A stretch of 64,000 bases of DNA, from contig CAIXFY010000009.1 of assembly GCA_903918885.1 (NCBI GenBank), positions 9,472 through 73,471 of the forward strand, read 5' to 3'. Each line of letters opens with the position of its first letter. Position 1 is the first letter of the stretch. Shown piece by piece: positions 18,352-27,398 of this stretch. The notes below the pieces were generated by a model, which saw only the letters and a list, made by a program, of their open reading frames with translations, ran no database searches and was not told where the DNA came from. This DNA comes from an uncultured Verrucomicrobia subdivision 3 bacterium (lineage in GTDB: Bacteria > Verrucomicrobiota > Verrucomicrobiia > Limisphaerales > UBA11358). The translations under genes were made by a program, and so were the position numbers.

Positions 18352-20447
18352 TCTGGATCGTCAAAAATCTCTGGCTGATTCCTGCGTTGCCGCTGCTGGC
18401 GGCGGGCATCATCGCCGTGAACAAGCAGCCTGCACGCAAGCTGGCGGCGGGTTTGGCCATCGGTTCGATGGCGCTCGGCTTTTTGCTTTCACTCTGCGCG
18501 TTTGCCGCCACGCTCGGCCAGCATGGCGAAGGCGCGTTCCGCGAAACCTTCAGCTTCAACTGGATTCAATTCGGCGGGCAATGGATGAGCATCGGCTGGG
18601 TGCTTGATCCGCTCACGGCCATCATGCTCGTGATGGTGACGTTTGTCGGCATGTTGATTTTTATCTTCAGCGTCGGCTACATGGCGCACGACAAAAACTT
18701 CATGCGCTTCTTCAATTTCCTCGCGCTGTTCGCATCTGGCATGCTGGGCGTCGTCATCGCCAACAACCTGCTGCTGCTGTTCGTCTCGTGGGAAATCGTC
18801 GGTCTGACCAGCTATCTACTCATCGGCTTCTGGTATCACAAAGCAAGCGCGGCGGCGGCGGCGAAAAAGGCCTTCATCACCACGCGCATCGGCGACCTCG
18901 GTCTGCTGCTCGGCATGGTCTGGCTCTACGCGCAGACCGGCACGCTGAATTTTTATACGCCGGAACACACCGGCTGCCTGGAAGCGAGCGCGCTGGCTGG
19001 AATGGTTTCGAAAACAATTTTTGGCGGCATGATGGTTTCAACGGCGATTGGACTTTTGATTTTCCTCGGTGCCGTCGGCAAATCCGGCCAGGTGCCGCTG
19101 CACGTCTGGCTGCCCGACGCAATGGAAGGCCCGACGCCTGTTTCCGCTTTGATTCACGCGGCCACGATGGTCGCCGCCGGCGTGTTCCTCGTCGCCCGCG
19201 TTTATCCGCTGATGGCGGCGGGAGCCGCACCGGTGGAACATGGTGCGCCGATCACGACGGCGTTGACTGTCGTGACATGGGTTGGTGCTATCACCGCGAT
19301 TTTTGCCGCGAGCATCGCCGTCGCGCAAAACGACATCAAGCGCATCCTCGCTTACTCCACCGTTTCGCAGCTCGGCTACATGATGATGGGGCTGGGCGTC
19401 GGCGGCGTGGCGGTCGGCATGTTCCACCTCATCACGCACGCGTTTTTCAAGGCGCTGCTGTTCCTCGGTTCCGGTTCCGTCATCCACGGCTGCCATGAAG
19501 AGCAGGACGTGCGCAAAATGGGCGGACTGAAAAAATACATGCCCATCACGTTCGTGGTTTACGCGATTGGTATGCTGGCGCTCGCTGGTTTCCCGCTGTT
19601 CTTCTCCGGTTTCTGGAGCAAGGACGAAATTCTCCATCACGCGTCGCTTTGGTCGGTGTCGAAAATTCCGTTTTACCTCGGCTGCACCGGCGCGTTGTTC
19701 ACCGCGTTTTACATGACGCGGCAAATGGGTTTGGTGTTCTTCGGCAGCTATCGCGGTCATGAAAAGTCTGCCCACGGCCATTCCTCACACTCTTCCGAAT
19801 CTCACAGCCACGATCCGCATGAAAGCCCCGCCGTCATGACCGTTCCGTTGATCATCCTCGCGGGGTTCGCCATTTTATTGGGCGTCATCGGCACGCCGGC
19901 GTGGCCGTGGTTTGACGCCTATCTGAACGGCGAACTCGCCGAACTGCAAATCAAATTCAGCAACCTCGCCGAGAGCGCCGGTTTGATGGGCGCTTCCGCG
20001 CTGATCGTGCTCACCGGCATCACTGTCGGCTGGATGCTCTACGGCAAACGCCAGCGCAAAACGGCGGCGGAAAAAGACGTGCTCGAAGCCGCGCAACCGG
20101 CCATTTTCAAGCTGCTCGAAAACAAATATTTCATTGATGAAATTTACGAAGCTACGGTCATCCGCTTCAACGCCTTCGCCGCGTGGCTGTGCGATTTCGC
20201 CGACAAATGGGTTTTCGGTGGCGCGGTTTTGCTCGTTAAATATTTTACGATTGGCTCGTCTTGGCTCTACCGGCTGACCGATGAAAACGTCGTCAACGGC
20301 GGCTTTGATGCCGCCTGCGGCTCGATTCGCGGCAGCGGCGGCATCCTGTCGAAGCTGCATTCCGGCCGCGTGCAAACTTACCTCCGCATCATCGGCGTCG
20401 CGCTCGTCGCGCTCATCATTTTCCTGATTTGGGGGCGCAAAGCATGA
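18348..20447 (+). CDS. nuoL: NADH-quinone oxidoreductase subunit L (long form, 699 aa)
   Basis: Antiporter-like core (WEIVGLTSYLLIGFW; HAATMVAAGVFL), a His/Ser-rich loop (HEKSAHGHSSHSSESHSHDPHES, ~19751-19829), and a long C-terminal region. Confidence 0.93.
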   Translation: MIWIVKNLWLIPALPLLAAGIIAVNKQPARKLAAGLAIGSMALGFLLSLCAFAATLGQHGEGAFRETFSFNWIQFGGQWMSIGWVLDPLTAIMLVMVTFVGMLIFIFSVGYMAHDKNFMRFFNFLALFASGMLGVVIANNLLLLFVSWEIVGLTSYLLIGFWYHKASAAAAAKKAFITTRIGDLGLLLGMVWLYAQTGTLNFYTPEHTGCLEASALAGMVSKTIFGGMMVSTAIGLLIFLGAVGKSGQVPLHVWLPDAMEGPTPVSALIHAATMVAAGVFLVARVYPLMAAGAAPVEHGAPITTALTVVTWVGAITAIFAASIAVAQNDIKRILAYSTVSQLGYMMMGLGVGGVAVGMFHLITHAFFKALLFLGSGSVIHGCHEEQDVRKMGGLKKYMPITFVVYAIGMLALAGFPLFFSGFWSKDEILHHASLWSVSKIPFYLGCTGALFTAFYMTRQMGLVFFGSYRGHEKSAHGHSSHSSESHSHDPHESPAVMTVPLIILAGFAILLGVIGTPAWPWFDAYLNGELAELQIKFSNLAESAGLMGASALIVLTGITVGWMLYGKRQRKTAAEKDVLEAAQPAIFKLLENKYFIDEIYEATVIRFNAFAAWLCDFADKWVFGGAVLLVKYFTIGSSWLYRLTDENVVNGGFDAACGSIRGSGGILSKLHSGRVQTYLRIIGVALVALIIFLIWGRKA

Positions 20448-21979
20448 ATCACTGGTTAACCATTCTTACTCTCGTCCCGTTCATCGGCGGCATCATCATC
20501 GCCGGCCTTGGCGCGGAACGAAAAATCCTTGTTCGCGGCGTGGCGCTGGTGACCAGCCTGATCGGACTTGGCGGGGCGATTTGCCTATGGCTGAATTTTA
20601 ACGCCAAATCCGGCGATCTGCAATTCGTGGAGAAATTCGACTGGGTGCCCACGCTCGGCATCCAATATTTCCTTGGCGTGGATGGCCTCGGTGCGCTGAT
20701 GGTGCTGCTCACGGCCATTGTTACGCCGCTGGCAATTCTCGCCTCGTGGAACGTCGAAGACCGTCCACACGTTTTTCATGCGCTGGTGCTGTGGTTGCAG
20801 GCGGGATTGTTCGGCACCTTCACCGCCCTGAATTTTTTCCACTGGTTCCTGTTCTGGGAACTCGGCCTGATTCCCGCGTTCTTTCTGATCAAACTCTGGG
20901 GCGGACCGAAACGCAGTCCGGCGGCGACGCAGTTCTTTATCTACACCATGGTCGGCAGCGTGGCGTTGTTGTTGAGCTTTCTCGCCCTCCGGCTGGCGAC
21001 CGGCAGCTTTGATTTCATCGAACTCGCCGGTATGGCCAAGAGCGGTGTGCTCACGACCAAGTTGCAAGCGGCCTTTGGCTGGAAAAATATCGGCCTGATC
21101 GTCTTCTTCGGCGCATTCCTCGGCTTCGCGGTGAAAGTGCCGGTGATTCCGTTCCATACCTGGCTGCCCGCTGCGTATTCCGAGGCGCCCAGCCCAGTGA
21201 CGATGCTGCTGACTGGCGTGATGTCCAAGATGGGCGTGTATGGTTTCCTGCGCATACTGCTGCCGATTTTTCCCGACCAAATCCGGCAGGTGCTGACGCC
21301 GTTGCTCTGGCTCGCCGTCGCGACCATCGTCCTATCAGCTTGTGCCGCGTTTGCGCAAAAAGATTTGAAGCGCATGCTTGCCTACTCGTCCATCAACCAC
21401 CTCGGCTACTGTCTGCTGGCGATGTTCGCCGCGGTCAGCATGGCGACGGGTGTGAAAGATGCCGCACTCCAAAAAGCCGCCGCACTCGACGGTTGTCTGC
21501 TCCAGATGTTCAACCACGGTCTCACGGCGTCCGCGTTGTTCCTCTTCATGGCGCTGATTGAAAAACGCAGCGGCGGCTTGCGCGGATTGGAAGATTTCGG
21601 TGGATTGCGCAAAGTCGTTCCGGTGTTCACCGGCCTGATGGGCATCGCACTGTTCTCCTCGCTCGGTTTGCCCGGCTTGAACGGCTTCGTCGGGGAATTC
21701 CTGATTTTCAAAGGCGTGTTCCCGCTCGCGCCGTGGGCGGCGGCGATTTCGACCATCGGCATCTTGGTCACGGCGATTTTCCTGCTCACGCTCATCCAGC
21801 GCGTTTTCTGCGGTCCGCTGAATGAGTGCTGGGCCAAGTTCCCCGACCTCACCACCGGCGAACGTCTGCTGGTCCTCCCGAGCATCGCGCTGATGTTCAT
21901 CCTCGGCATCTGGCCGCAATTTATTTTGGGCGCGGTGGACGCGACCATGATGAAACTGGTGCAACAACTCACTTTCTAA
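20444..21979 (+). CDS. nuoM: NADH-quinone oxidoreductase subunit M
   Basis: Mrp/ND4-type antiporter-like protein (FLFWELGLIPAFFLI; HTWLPAAYSEAPSPVTMLLTGVMSKMG). ATGA overlap with nuoL. Confidence 0.9.
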   Translation: MNHWLTILTLVPFIGGIIIAGLGAERKILVRGVALVTSLIGLGGAICLWLNFNAKSGDLQFVEKFDWVPTLGIQYFLGVDGLGALMVLLTAIVTPLAILASWNVEDRPHVFHALVLWLQAGLFGTFTALNFFHWFLFWELGLIPAFFLIKLWGGPKRSPAATQFFIYTMVGSVALLLSFLALRLATGSFDFIELAGMAKSGVLTTKLQAAFGWKNIGLIVFFGAFLGFAVKVPVIPFHTWLPAAYSEAPSPVTMLLTGVMSKMGVYGFLRILLPIFPDQIRQVLTPLLWLAVATIVLSACAAFAQKDLKRMLAYSSINHLGYCLLAMFAAVSMATGVKDAALQKAAALDGCLLQMFNHGLTASALFLFMALIEKRSGGLRGLEDFGGLRKVVPVFTGLMGIALFSSLGLPGLNGFVGEFLIFKGVFPLAPWAAAISTIGILVTAIFLLTLIQRVFCGPLNECWAKFPDLTTGERLLVLPSIALMFILGIWPQFILGAVDATMMKLVQQLTF

Positions 21980-21980
21980 A

Positions 21981-23477
21981 ATGCTCGCCTGGACCATTTA
22001 CATTACGTTTTTCGGGGTGCTGGTGCTGATGCTCCTGCCGCGCGACAACGCGCGCGCGGCCCGCATCGTCGCCTTGCTCACGGCCATCGCCGGCTGCGTG
22101 GTGGCCTTGGTCGGCGCGATTCAGCAAACGAACCCCGGCGAAGTCACCACGATTGTCAAAGCGGATTGGATTCCCGCGATCGGCGCAAATTACTATCTTG
22201 CGGCGGACGGCATCAGCTTGGTGCTGGTTGTCCTGACCGGTCTCGCAGCGGTCAGCGGGATTTTATTTTCCTGGAACATTGAGAAGCGGACGAAGGAATT
22301 CTTCGCCTTCTACCTCGTGCTCATCGGCGGCGTCTACGGCGTATTCTTGAGCTTCGATTTGCTGCTGCTATTCGTGTTTTACGAGCTGACGATTATCCCG
22401 AAATATTTCCTCATCGCGCGCTGGGGCAGCACGCGGAAAGAATACGGCGCGATGAAGCTGGCGTTGTATTCCTTCGTCGGCAGCCATCTCGTGCTCATCG
22501 GCCTCATCGCCGCGTGGGTGGTGGCGAAAGGCCAGCTTGGCCATGCGTCGCTGGATTTGATCGAGCTGTCGAAAGTGCATTTCTCCGCCGGCTTCCAGCA
22601 CTGGGTGTTTCCGCTGGTGTTCGTCGGCTTCGCGATTCTCGCGGGCATGTGGCCGTTTCACACCTGGGCACCGACCGGACACGTCGCCGCACCCACCGCC
22701 GGTTCGATGCTGCTCGCCGGCGTGGTGATGAAGCTAGGCGCTTACGGCTGCCTGCGTGTGGCGATGTTGATGTTCCCCGAAGGCGTGCGCGAATGGCAAT
22801 GGGCTATCGCCGCGCTGGCCGTCGGCGGCATCGTGTATGGCGCGGGCGTGGCGCTGGTGCAGAAGGATTTCAAATTCGTCATCGGCTATTCTAGCGTGAG
22901 CCACATGGGCTTCGTGCTGCTCGGCCTCGCGACGCTCAACACCATCGGCCTCGACGGCGCAGTATTGCAGATGTTCTCACACGGCATCATAGCGGGCCTT
23001 TTGTTCGCCGTGGTCGGGCGCATGGTTTACGACCGGACGCATACCCGCGACTTCAACGACCTGGAAACGATGCAACTCGGCAAAGTCATCCCGTTTGCGG
23101 GCGTGACGTTTGTCATTGCCGGCATCGCCTCGATGGGCCTGCCCGGTTTCAGCGGCTTCATCGCCGAATTGCAAGTGCTCATGGGCGCGTGGCAGGTCTT
23201 CCCGAAAATGACGATTCTCGCCGGTGTGGGCATTCTGGTTGGCGTGGCCTACACGCTGCGCGCGATGCAAAAAGCATTTTATTCCGACGCCCCGCCGAAA
23301 CCGGTTGATCATGACCATCCGATGGAGCCGATAACGGTTGCCGAGCGTTTCGGCGCGGTGATGCTCATCAGCGCGTCGCTGGTCATCGGACTTTTCCCCA
23401 ACCTCCTGATGAACTGGATTGAACCGTGTTTCAAATCGCCGCTGTTCGCGCGGCTGTTGAGCGGAGGTGCCCAATGA
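21981..23477 (+). CDS. nuoM: Second NuoM/ND4-type antiporter-like subunit
   Basis: Paralogous ND4-family protein (FVFYELTIIPKYFLI; HTWAPTGHVAAPTAGSMLLAGVVMKLG). It starts 2 nt after the first nuoM stop. Confidence 0.85.
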   Translation: MLAWTIYITFFGVLVLMLLPRDNARAARIVALLTAIAGCVVALVGAIQQTNPGEVTTIVKADWIPAIGANYYLAADGISLVLVVLTGLAAVSGILFSWNIEKRTKEFFAFYLVLIGGVYGVFLSFDLLLLFVFYELTIIPKYFLIARWGSTRKEYGAMKLALYSFVGSHLVLIGLIAAWVVAKGQLGHASLDLIELSKVHFSAGFQHWVFPLVFVGFAILAGMWPFHTWAPTGHVAAPTAGSMLLAGVVMKLGAYGCLRVAMLMFPEGVREWQWAIAALAVGGIVYGAGVALVQKDFKFVIGYSSVSHMGFVLLGLATLNTIGLDGAVLQMFSHGIIAGLLFAVVGRMVYDRTHTRDFNDLETMQLGKVIPFAGVTFVIAGIASMGLPGFSGFIAELQVLMGAWQVFPKMTILAGVGILVGVAYTLRAMQKAFYSDAPPKPVDHDHPMEPITVAERFGAVMLISASLVIGLFPNLLMNWIEPCFKSPLFARLLSGGAQ

Positions 23478-24931
23478 ACTATCTGCAACTGCTCCAACTC
23501 TCCGCGCCGGAAACCATCGTCACCGTCACGCTGTTCGTGGTGCTGGGCGCGGATCTGACCGTGCTGCGCGGCAAATCCCTCGCGGCGCGTTTCAACGGCG
23601 GCGCGCTGATTTCCATTCTCGGCTGCGTCTCTGCCGCGCTGCTGGCGTTTGCGCGCCACACCGAAGCCAATCTGTTCAACGGTCTGCTCGTCGTGAATCC
23701 GTCGTCTGATTTCGTTAAGGTCGCCATCCTCGCGCTGACGATTTTCACCATCCTGATTTCCACCTCGGCCAAGTTCACCGACCACGTTGGCGAATATCTT
23801 TCGCTGATACTGCTCGGCACCATCGGCCTGATGTTTCTCGTCAGCACCGAGGATTTGCTGATGATCTTTGTCTCGCTGGAACTCGCCAGCTTCTCGCTCT
23901 ACATCCTCACCGCGTTCAACAAGCACAACGAGAAATCTGCCGAGGCCGCGTTGAAATACTTTTTGTTCGGCGGTATGTCGGCGGCGTTCATGCTCTTTGG
24001 TTTCAGTCTGCTCTACGGCATCGCCGGTTCGACCAATCTGCGCGACATCGCCACCGCCATCGCCGGTAAGGGATTCGATCCGCTGCTGCTCGTCGCGCTG
24101 GTGACGACCGTCATCGGCTTCGGCTTCAAAGTCGCCGCCGTGCCGTTTCATCTGTGGGCGCCCGACGCCTATGAAGGCGCGCCCACGCCGAGCGCGGCGT
24201 TCATCGGTTCCGGGTCCAAGGTCGCGAGCTTCTACGTGCTCGCCAAGATTTTCACGCTTGGGTTCGTCGGTGCGGAAGGCAATGCGGCTTATCACAGTTT
24301 CCTGTCTGGTTGGACGCCCGTTATCGCCATCATCGCCGCGCTCTCGATGATGCTGGGCAATCTCACCGCCATCGTGCAATTCAGCGTCAAGAGACTGCTC
24401 GCGTATTCGGCCATCGCCCATGCGGGTTATATGCTCCTCGGGGTTTTGTCGAACACGCCGCTCAGCGCCAGCGCGATGATGTTCTATGTCATCACCTATG
24501 CGCTGACGACGATTGGTGCGTTCGGCGTGGTCATGGTCGTGGAAGACGCCACCGGCAGCGATGCGCTTAAAAACTTCAACGGCTTGAGCAAGCGCGCACC
24601 GGGACTGGCGCTTTGCCTGATGATTTTCCTGCTGTCGCTCGGTGGTATTCCGCCGCTCGCGGGCTTCATTGGTAAATTCTTTTTGTTCAGCGCCGTCGTC
24701 AGTGCCGGGGCGAATCTCGGTCTGCTCTGGCTGGTGATTCTCGCCATCGCGATGAGCGCGGTATCGTTCTACTATTACCTGCGCGTGCTCAAGGCGGCTT
24801 ATGTGGAGGATGCCGCCGCCGATGCGCCCGCCATCCGGACGCCGCTGGTGACTTTTCTGGCGCTGGCCTTGCTCGCGTTGCTGGTGATTTTGTTCGGCGT
24901 CGCGCCGGGATTGCTGACGCAGTATTTGTAA
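23474..24931 (+). CDS. nuoN: NADH-quinone oxidoreductase subunit N
   Basis: ND2-type antiporter-like protein (FVSLELASFSLYIL; PFHLWAPDAYEGAPTPSAAFI). ATGA overlap with the preceding gene. Confidence 0.9.
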   Translation: MNYLQLLQLSAPETIVTVTLFVVLGADLTVLRGKSLAARFNGGALISILGCVSAALLAFARHTEANLFNGLLVVNPSSDFVKVAILALTIFTILISTSAKFTDHVGEYLSLILLGTIGLMFLVSTEDLLMIFVSLELASFSLYILTAFNKHNEKSAEAALKYFLFGGMSAAFMLFGFSLLYGIAGSTNLRDIATAIAGKGFDPLLLVALVTTVIGFGFKVAAVPFHLWAPDAYEGAPTPSAAFIGSGSKVASFYVLAKIFTLGFVGAEGNAAYHSFLSGWTPVIAIIAALSMMLGNLTAIVQFSVKRLLAYSAIAHAGYMLLGVLSNTPLSASAMMFYVITYALTTIGAFGVVMVVEDATGSDALKNFNGLSKRAPGLALCLMIFLLSLGGIPPLAGFIGKFFLFSAVVSAGANLGLLWLVILAIAMSAVSFYYYLRVLKAAYVEDAAADAPAIRTPLVTFLALALLALLVILFGVAPGLLTQYL

Positions 24932-24945
24932 AAAAGTTTATCCGT

Positions 24946-24991
24946 GAATTGCGCCAATTTTCGCAAATTGATTTTTAATTGGCGTCAATTC
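24946..24991. repeat. Inverted repeat between nuoN and gcvH
   Basis: GAATTGCGCCAATT (24946-24959) and AATTGGCGTCAATTC (24977-24991) form a ~13-bp stem. No T-run follows, so its function (terminator versus operator) is unclear. Confidence 0.4.
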
Positions 24992-25056
24992 GTGTAATTC
25001 GCGGAAAGAATGGAATTGAGAATTTACCTAGTCCGCGTAATCTCTCCGCACAATTT

Positions 25057-25440
25057 ATGAGCAACATTCCTTCCGATTTGAAATACGCCAAGTCCCACGA
25101 ATGGGTCCGCGTCAGCGGCGACACCGCCACCGTGGGCATCACCGACCACGCGCAGCATGAGTTGACGGACATCGTGTTTGTGGAATTGCCCGCCGTGGGG
25201 CGCCAGGTCAAAGCCGGCGAAGCTTGCGCCGTGGTGGAATCTGTCAAGACCGCCAGCGACATCTATTCGCCCGTCAGCGGCGAAATCACCGCCGTCAATT
25301 CCGCCGTGGTGGACAATCCCGCGCTGGTGAACACCGCGCCCGACAGCGACGGCTGGTTTTACAAAATCAAATTGAGCAACCCGGCGGAACTGAATGCGCT
25401 GCTCTCGCCGGAGGATTACAAGAAGCAGATTGGCGGGTAA
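25057..25440 (+). CDS. gcvH: Glycine cleavage system H protein
   Basis: [10 protein letters not shown]..., lipoyl-lysine motif [13 protein letters not shown]. Internal ATG at 25057 used as start. Confidence 0.93.
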   Translation: MSNIPSDLKYAKSHEWVRVSGDTATVGITDHAQHELTDIVFVELPAVGRQVKAGEACAVVESVKTASDIYSPVSGEITAVNSAVVDNPALVNTAPDSDGWFYKIKLSNPAELNALLSPEDYKKQIGG

Positions 25441-25447
25441 TTTTTTT

Positions 25448-25960
25448 ATGGCACGGAGTGTTTATTTGATGTTGTTAAGCTGTTTATTTTTTCAAACTGC
25501 CAGCAAAGCAGATGATGAGGAGCTTAAGACAAAGCAATTTCATGTTGCTGACGCGATTGAAAAGACTCCGGTTTCTAAAATTAAATTGTTTTTTTATTCT
25601 CTCGATCCGAACGCCAAAACAGAATTTGACGGTAAGTTACAGGAAGATACCCGCAAATATTTCTGTGGCTTTAAAGTTTTAGGACGCTTTGAAGTGGTTT
25701 CATTTCAAGAAAAGACCAATTTGATGGAATCTTTCACTGAAGGAGTTCGCGAAGGCAGTAGAGGAATGTATTGTTTTGAGCCCCGCCACGGCATTCGCAT
25801 GGTTGATGGAACAACCACGAATGATTTTGTGATTTGTTTTGAATGTCACCAGGTTGAAGCGTATGGCTCTTTTCCTGAGAGTGATTTTGCCATGAGCAGT
25901 TCTCCCGCATCCACGTTTAATGAGCTTCTAGATAAACACAAAATCAAGAGGGCAGAGTGA
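25448..25960 (+). CDS. Hypothetical exported protein (AT-rich gene)
   Basis: N-terminal signal-like MARSVYLMLLSCLFFQTASKA. No recognisable domain. The gene is visibly AT-richer than its flanks. Confidence 0.5.
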   Translation: MARSVYLMLLSCLFFQTASKADDEELKTKQFHVADAIEKTPVSKIKLFFYSLDPNAKTEFDGKLQEDTRKYFCGFKVLGRFEVVSFQEKTNLMESFTEGVREGSRGMYCFEPRHGIRMVDGTTTNDFVICFECHQVEAYGSFPESDFAMSSSPASTFNELLDKHKIKRAE

Positions 25961-25964
25961 CTTC

Positions 25965-26028
25965 ATGAAAATCCGCCTCTCGTATTGCCCGTAACACCAC
26001 AAGGCGCAGCACTGGCTCGATAAGCCAG
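25965..26028 (+). pseudogene. Degenerate 5' fragment of a glutaredoxin-like gene (paralogous to 27124..27378)
   Basis: Reads MKIRLSYCP*HHKAQHWLDK, compared with MKIRLFIKPFCPWCHKAQHWLDERG for the intact gene. The nucleotide similarity is visible (atgaaaatccg.ctct..ttgcccgt...cagcactggct), and a stop replaces the CPWC site. Confidence 0.45.
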
Positions 26029-26116
26029 CCTTTGATTTGTAGAAGACGGCATGTGGAGTCTCTAACTTTTCCTCTTTAATTTGAGTCTCGTCACCTCGAC
26101 TCCTACAAGGTTTGAC

Positions 26117-26935
26117 TTACCAATACTCTTCAACATGGACGTTGCCGGGATTCTTGGCGTCGCCGCGCTTGAAACCCTTTTTCTCAAGCATCTCGGTAAC
26201 GACCTTGATCATTTCCGGATTGCCGCAGAGGAAGACATCGGCGTGTTCCGGATCGAGTTGGACGCCGGCGTCCTTTTGCAGCGCGCCCTGTTCGAGCAGC
26301 GCCTGAATGCGGCCGATGCGTCCGAGAAAATGCTGATCTTGGTCGGGCCGCGTGATGCTGGGGATGTAGGTGAAGTTCGGGCGCAGGCGTGCGAGCGATT
26401 CCAGTTCGCCGCGATAGCCGAGATCCCAACTGTAACGCGCGCCGTGCAGGACAACGAATTTGCGCTGGGTTTCGGTGGTCAGAATCGTCCGCAGCATGGA
26501 AACGTAGGGCGCGAGGCCGGTGCCGGTGGCGATGAGCACGGCGGTTTTGCCGGGCGGCGTGCGGTCGAGTGTGAAGGTGCCGCTGGCTTTCGGGCCGAGA
26601 AAAACTTTGCTGCCGTGCTTCAGATTGAACAGGCGCGGTGTGAGCGAGCCGCTGTTGACGAGCGTGATGAAAAATTCCACATAGCGGCGCTCCACGCTGG
26701 CGGAGGCGATGCTGTAGGCGCGGCGGATGAGTTTGTCGGGTTCGGCGCTCGGCTGTTCTAAATCGGCGGTCGCGACGCGCGGTGCGGAGCCGGGCAGTCC
26801 GAGCACGGCGAACTGGCCGGGCTTGAACTCAAACAGCTTGTCGTCCGGCCGGACGCGGAGCACGAGCAGGTCGCGGTGGATTTCCTCGCGGCCGATGACG
26901 GTGGCGTTTGATTGGCTGGCGGTGGCGGTGCTCAT
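26117..26935 (-). CDS. fpr: Ferredoxin/flavodoxin-NADP+ reductase
   Basis: FAD-binding RAYSIAS motif and NAD(P)-binding IATGTGLAPY motif; ends ..HVEEYW, typical of bacterial Fpr. Confidence 0.85.
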   Translation of the reverse strand: MSTATASQSNATVIGREEIHRDLLVLRVRPDDKLFEFKPGQFAVLGLPGSAPRVATADLEQPSAEPDKLIRRAYSIASASVERRYVEFFITLVNSGSLTPRLFNLKHGSKVFLGPKASGTFTLDRTPPGKTAVLIATGTGLAPYVSMLRTILTTETQRKFVVLHGARYSWDLGYRGELESLARLRPNFTYIPSITRPDQDQHFLGRIGRIQALLEQGALQKDAGVQLDPEHADVFLCGNPEMIKVVTEMLEKKGFKRGDAKNPGNVHVEEYW

Positions 26936-27123
26936 GGCGGTGACGAAAGTTTTTCTCGAAAATTATTTTTGGTTCGCGTCGTTGCGTGCTGCGAAAATTA
27001 TAGGGATGCGGCGGCGGATATCAATGCCGACCTTGCTGCAGTGATTGCCAAATTCTGCACAGGAATTGGCGTTTTGTTTTTTGAATTTTGGCGAATTGAT
27101 GTAATTTACCAGCCGATTGCCGT

Positions 27124-27378
27124 ATGAAAATCCGACTCTTCATCAAACCCTTTTGCCCGTGGTGTCATAAAGCACAGCACTGGCTTGACGAGCGCGGCAT
27201 CAAATACGAGACGCTCGACGTAATTGCCGATAGTAAAGCCATGACCGAAATGATCAATCTATCCGGCCAACGCCTCGCGCCGGTGATTGAGGTGGACGGG
27301 AAAATCCTCGCCGACTTCGGCCCGGACGAACTAGCAAAGTTCTGGGAAAAGATTTCCGCCACCGCTGGGCAGAGCTGA
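27124..27378 (+). CDS. Glutaredoxin-like (NrdH/Grx family) small redox protein
   Basis: 84 aa with a CPWC active site near the N-terminus and a thioredoxin-fold pattern (..APVIEVDGKIL..). Confidence 0.8.
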   Translation: MKIRLFIKPFCPWCHKAQHWLDERGIKYETLDVIADSKAMTEMINLSGQRLAPVIEVDGKILADFGPDELAKFWEKISATAGQS

Positions 27379-27398
27379 AACTCTGTGGTTGAACAAAA

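Noticed and set aside
26081-26761. 226-aa plus-strand ORF opposite fpr.
   Set aside because: It is antisense to a gene with clear FNR-family motifs. Its N-terminal part derives from an intergenic repeat-like sequence (..SLVTSTPTRF..), and it has no motifs.
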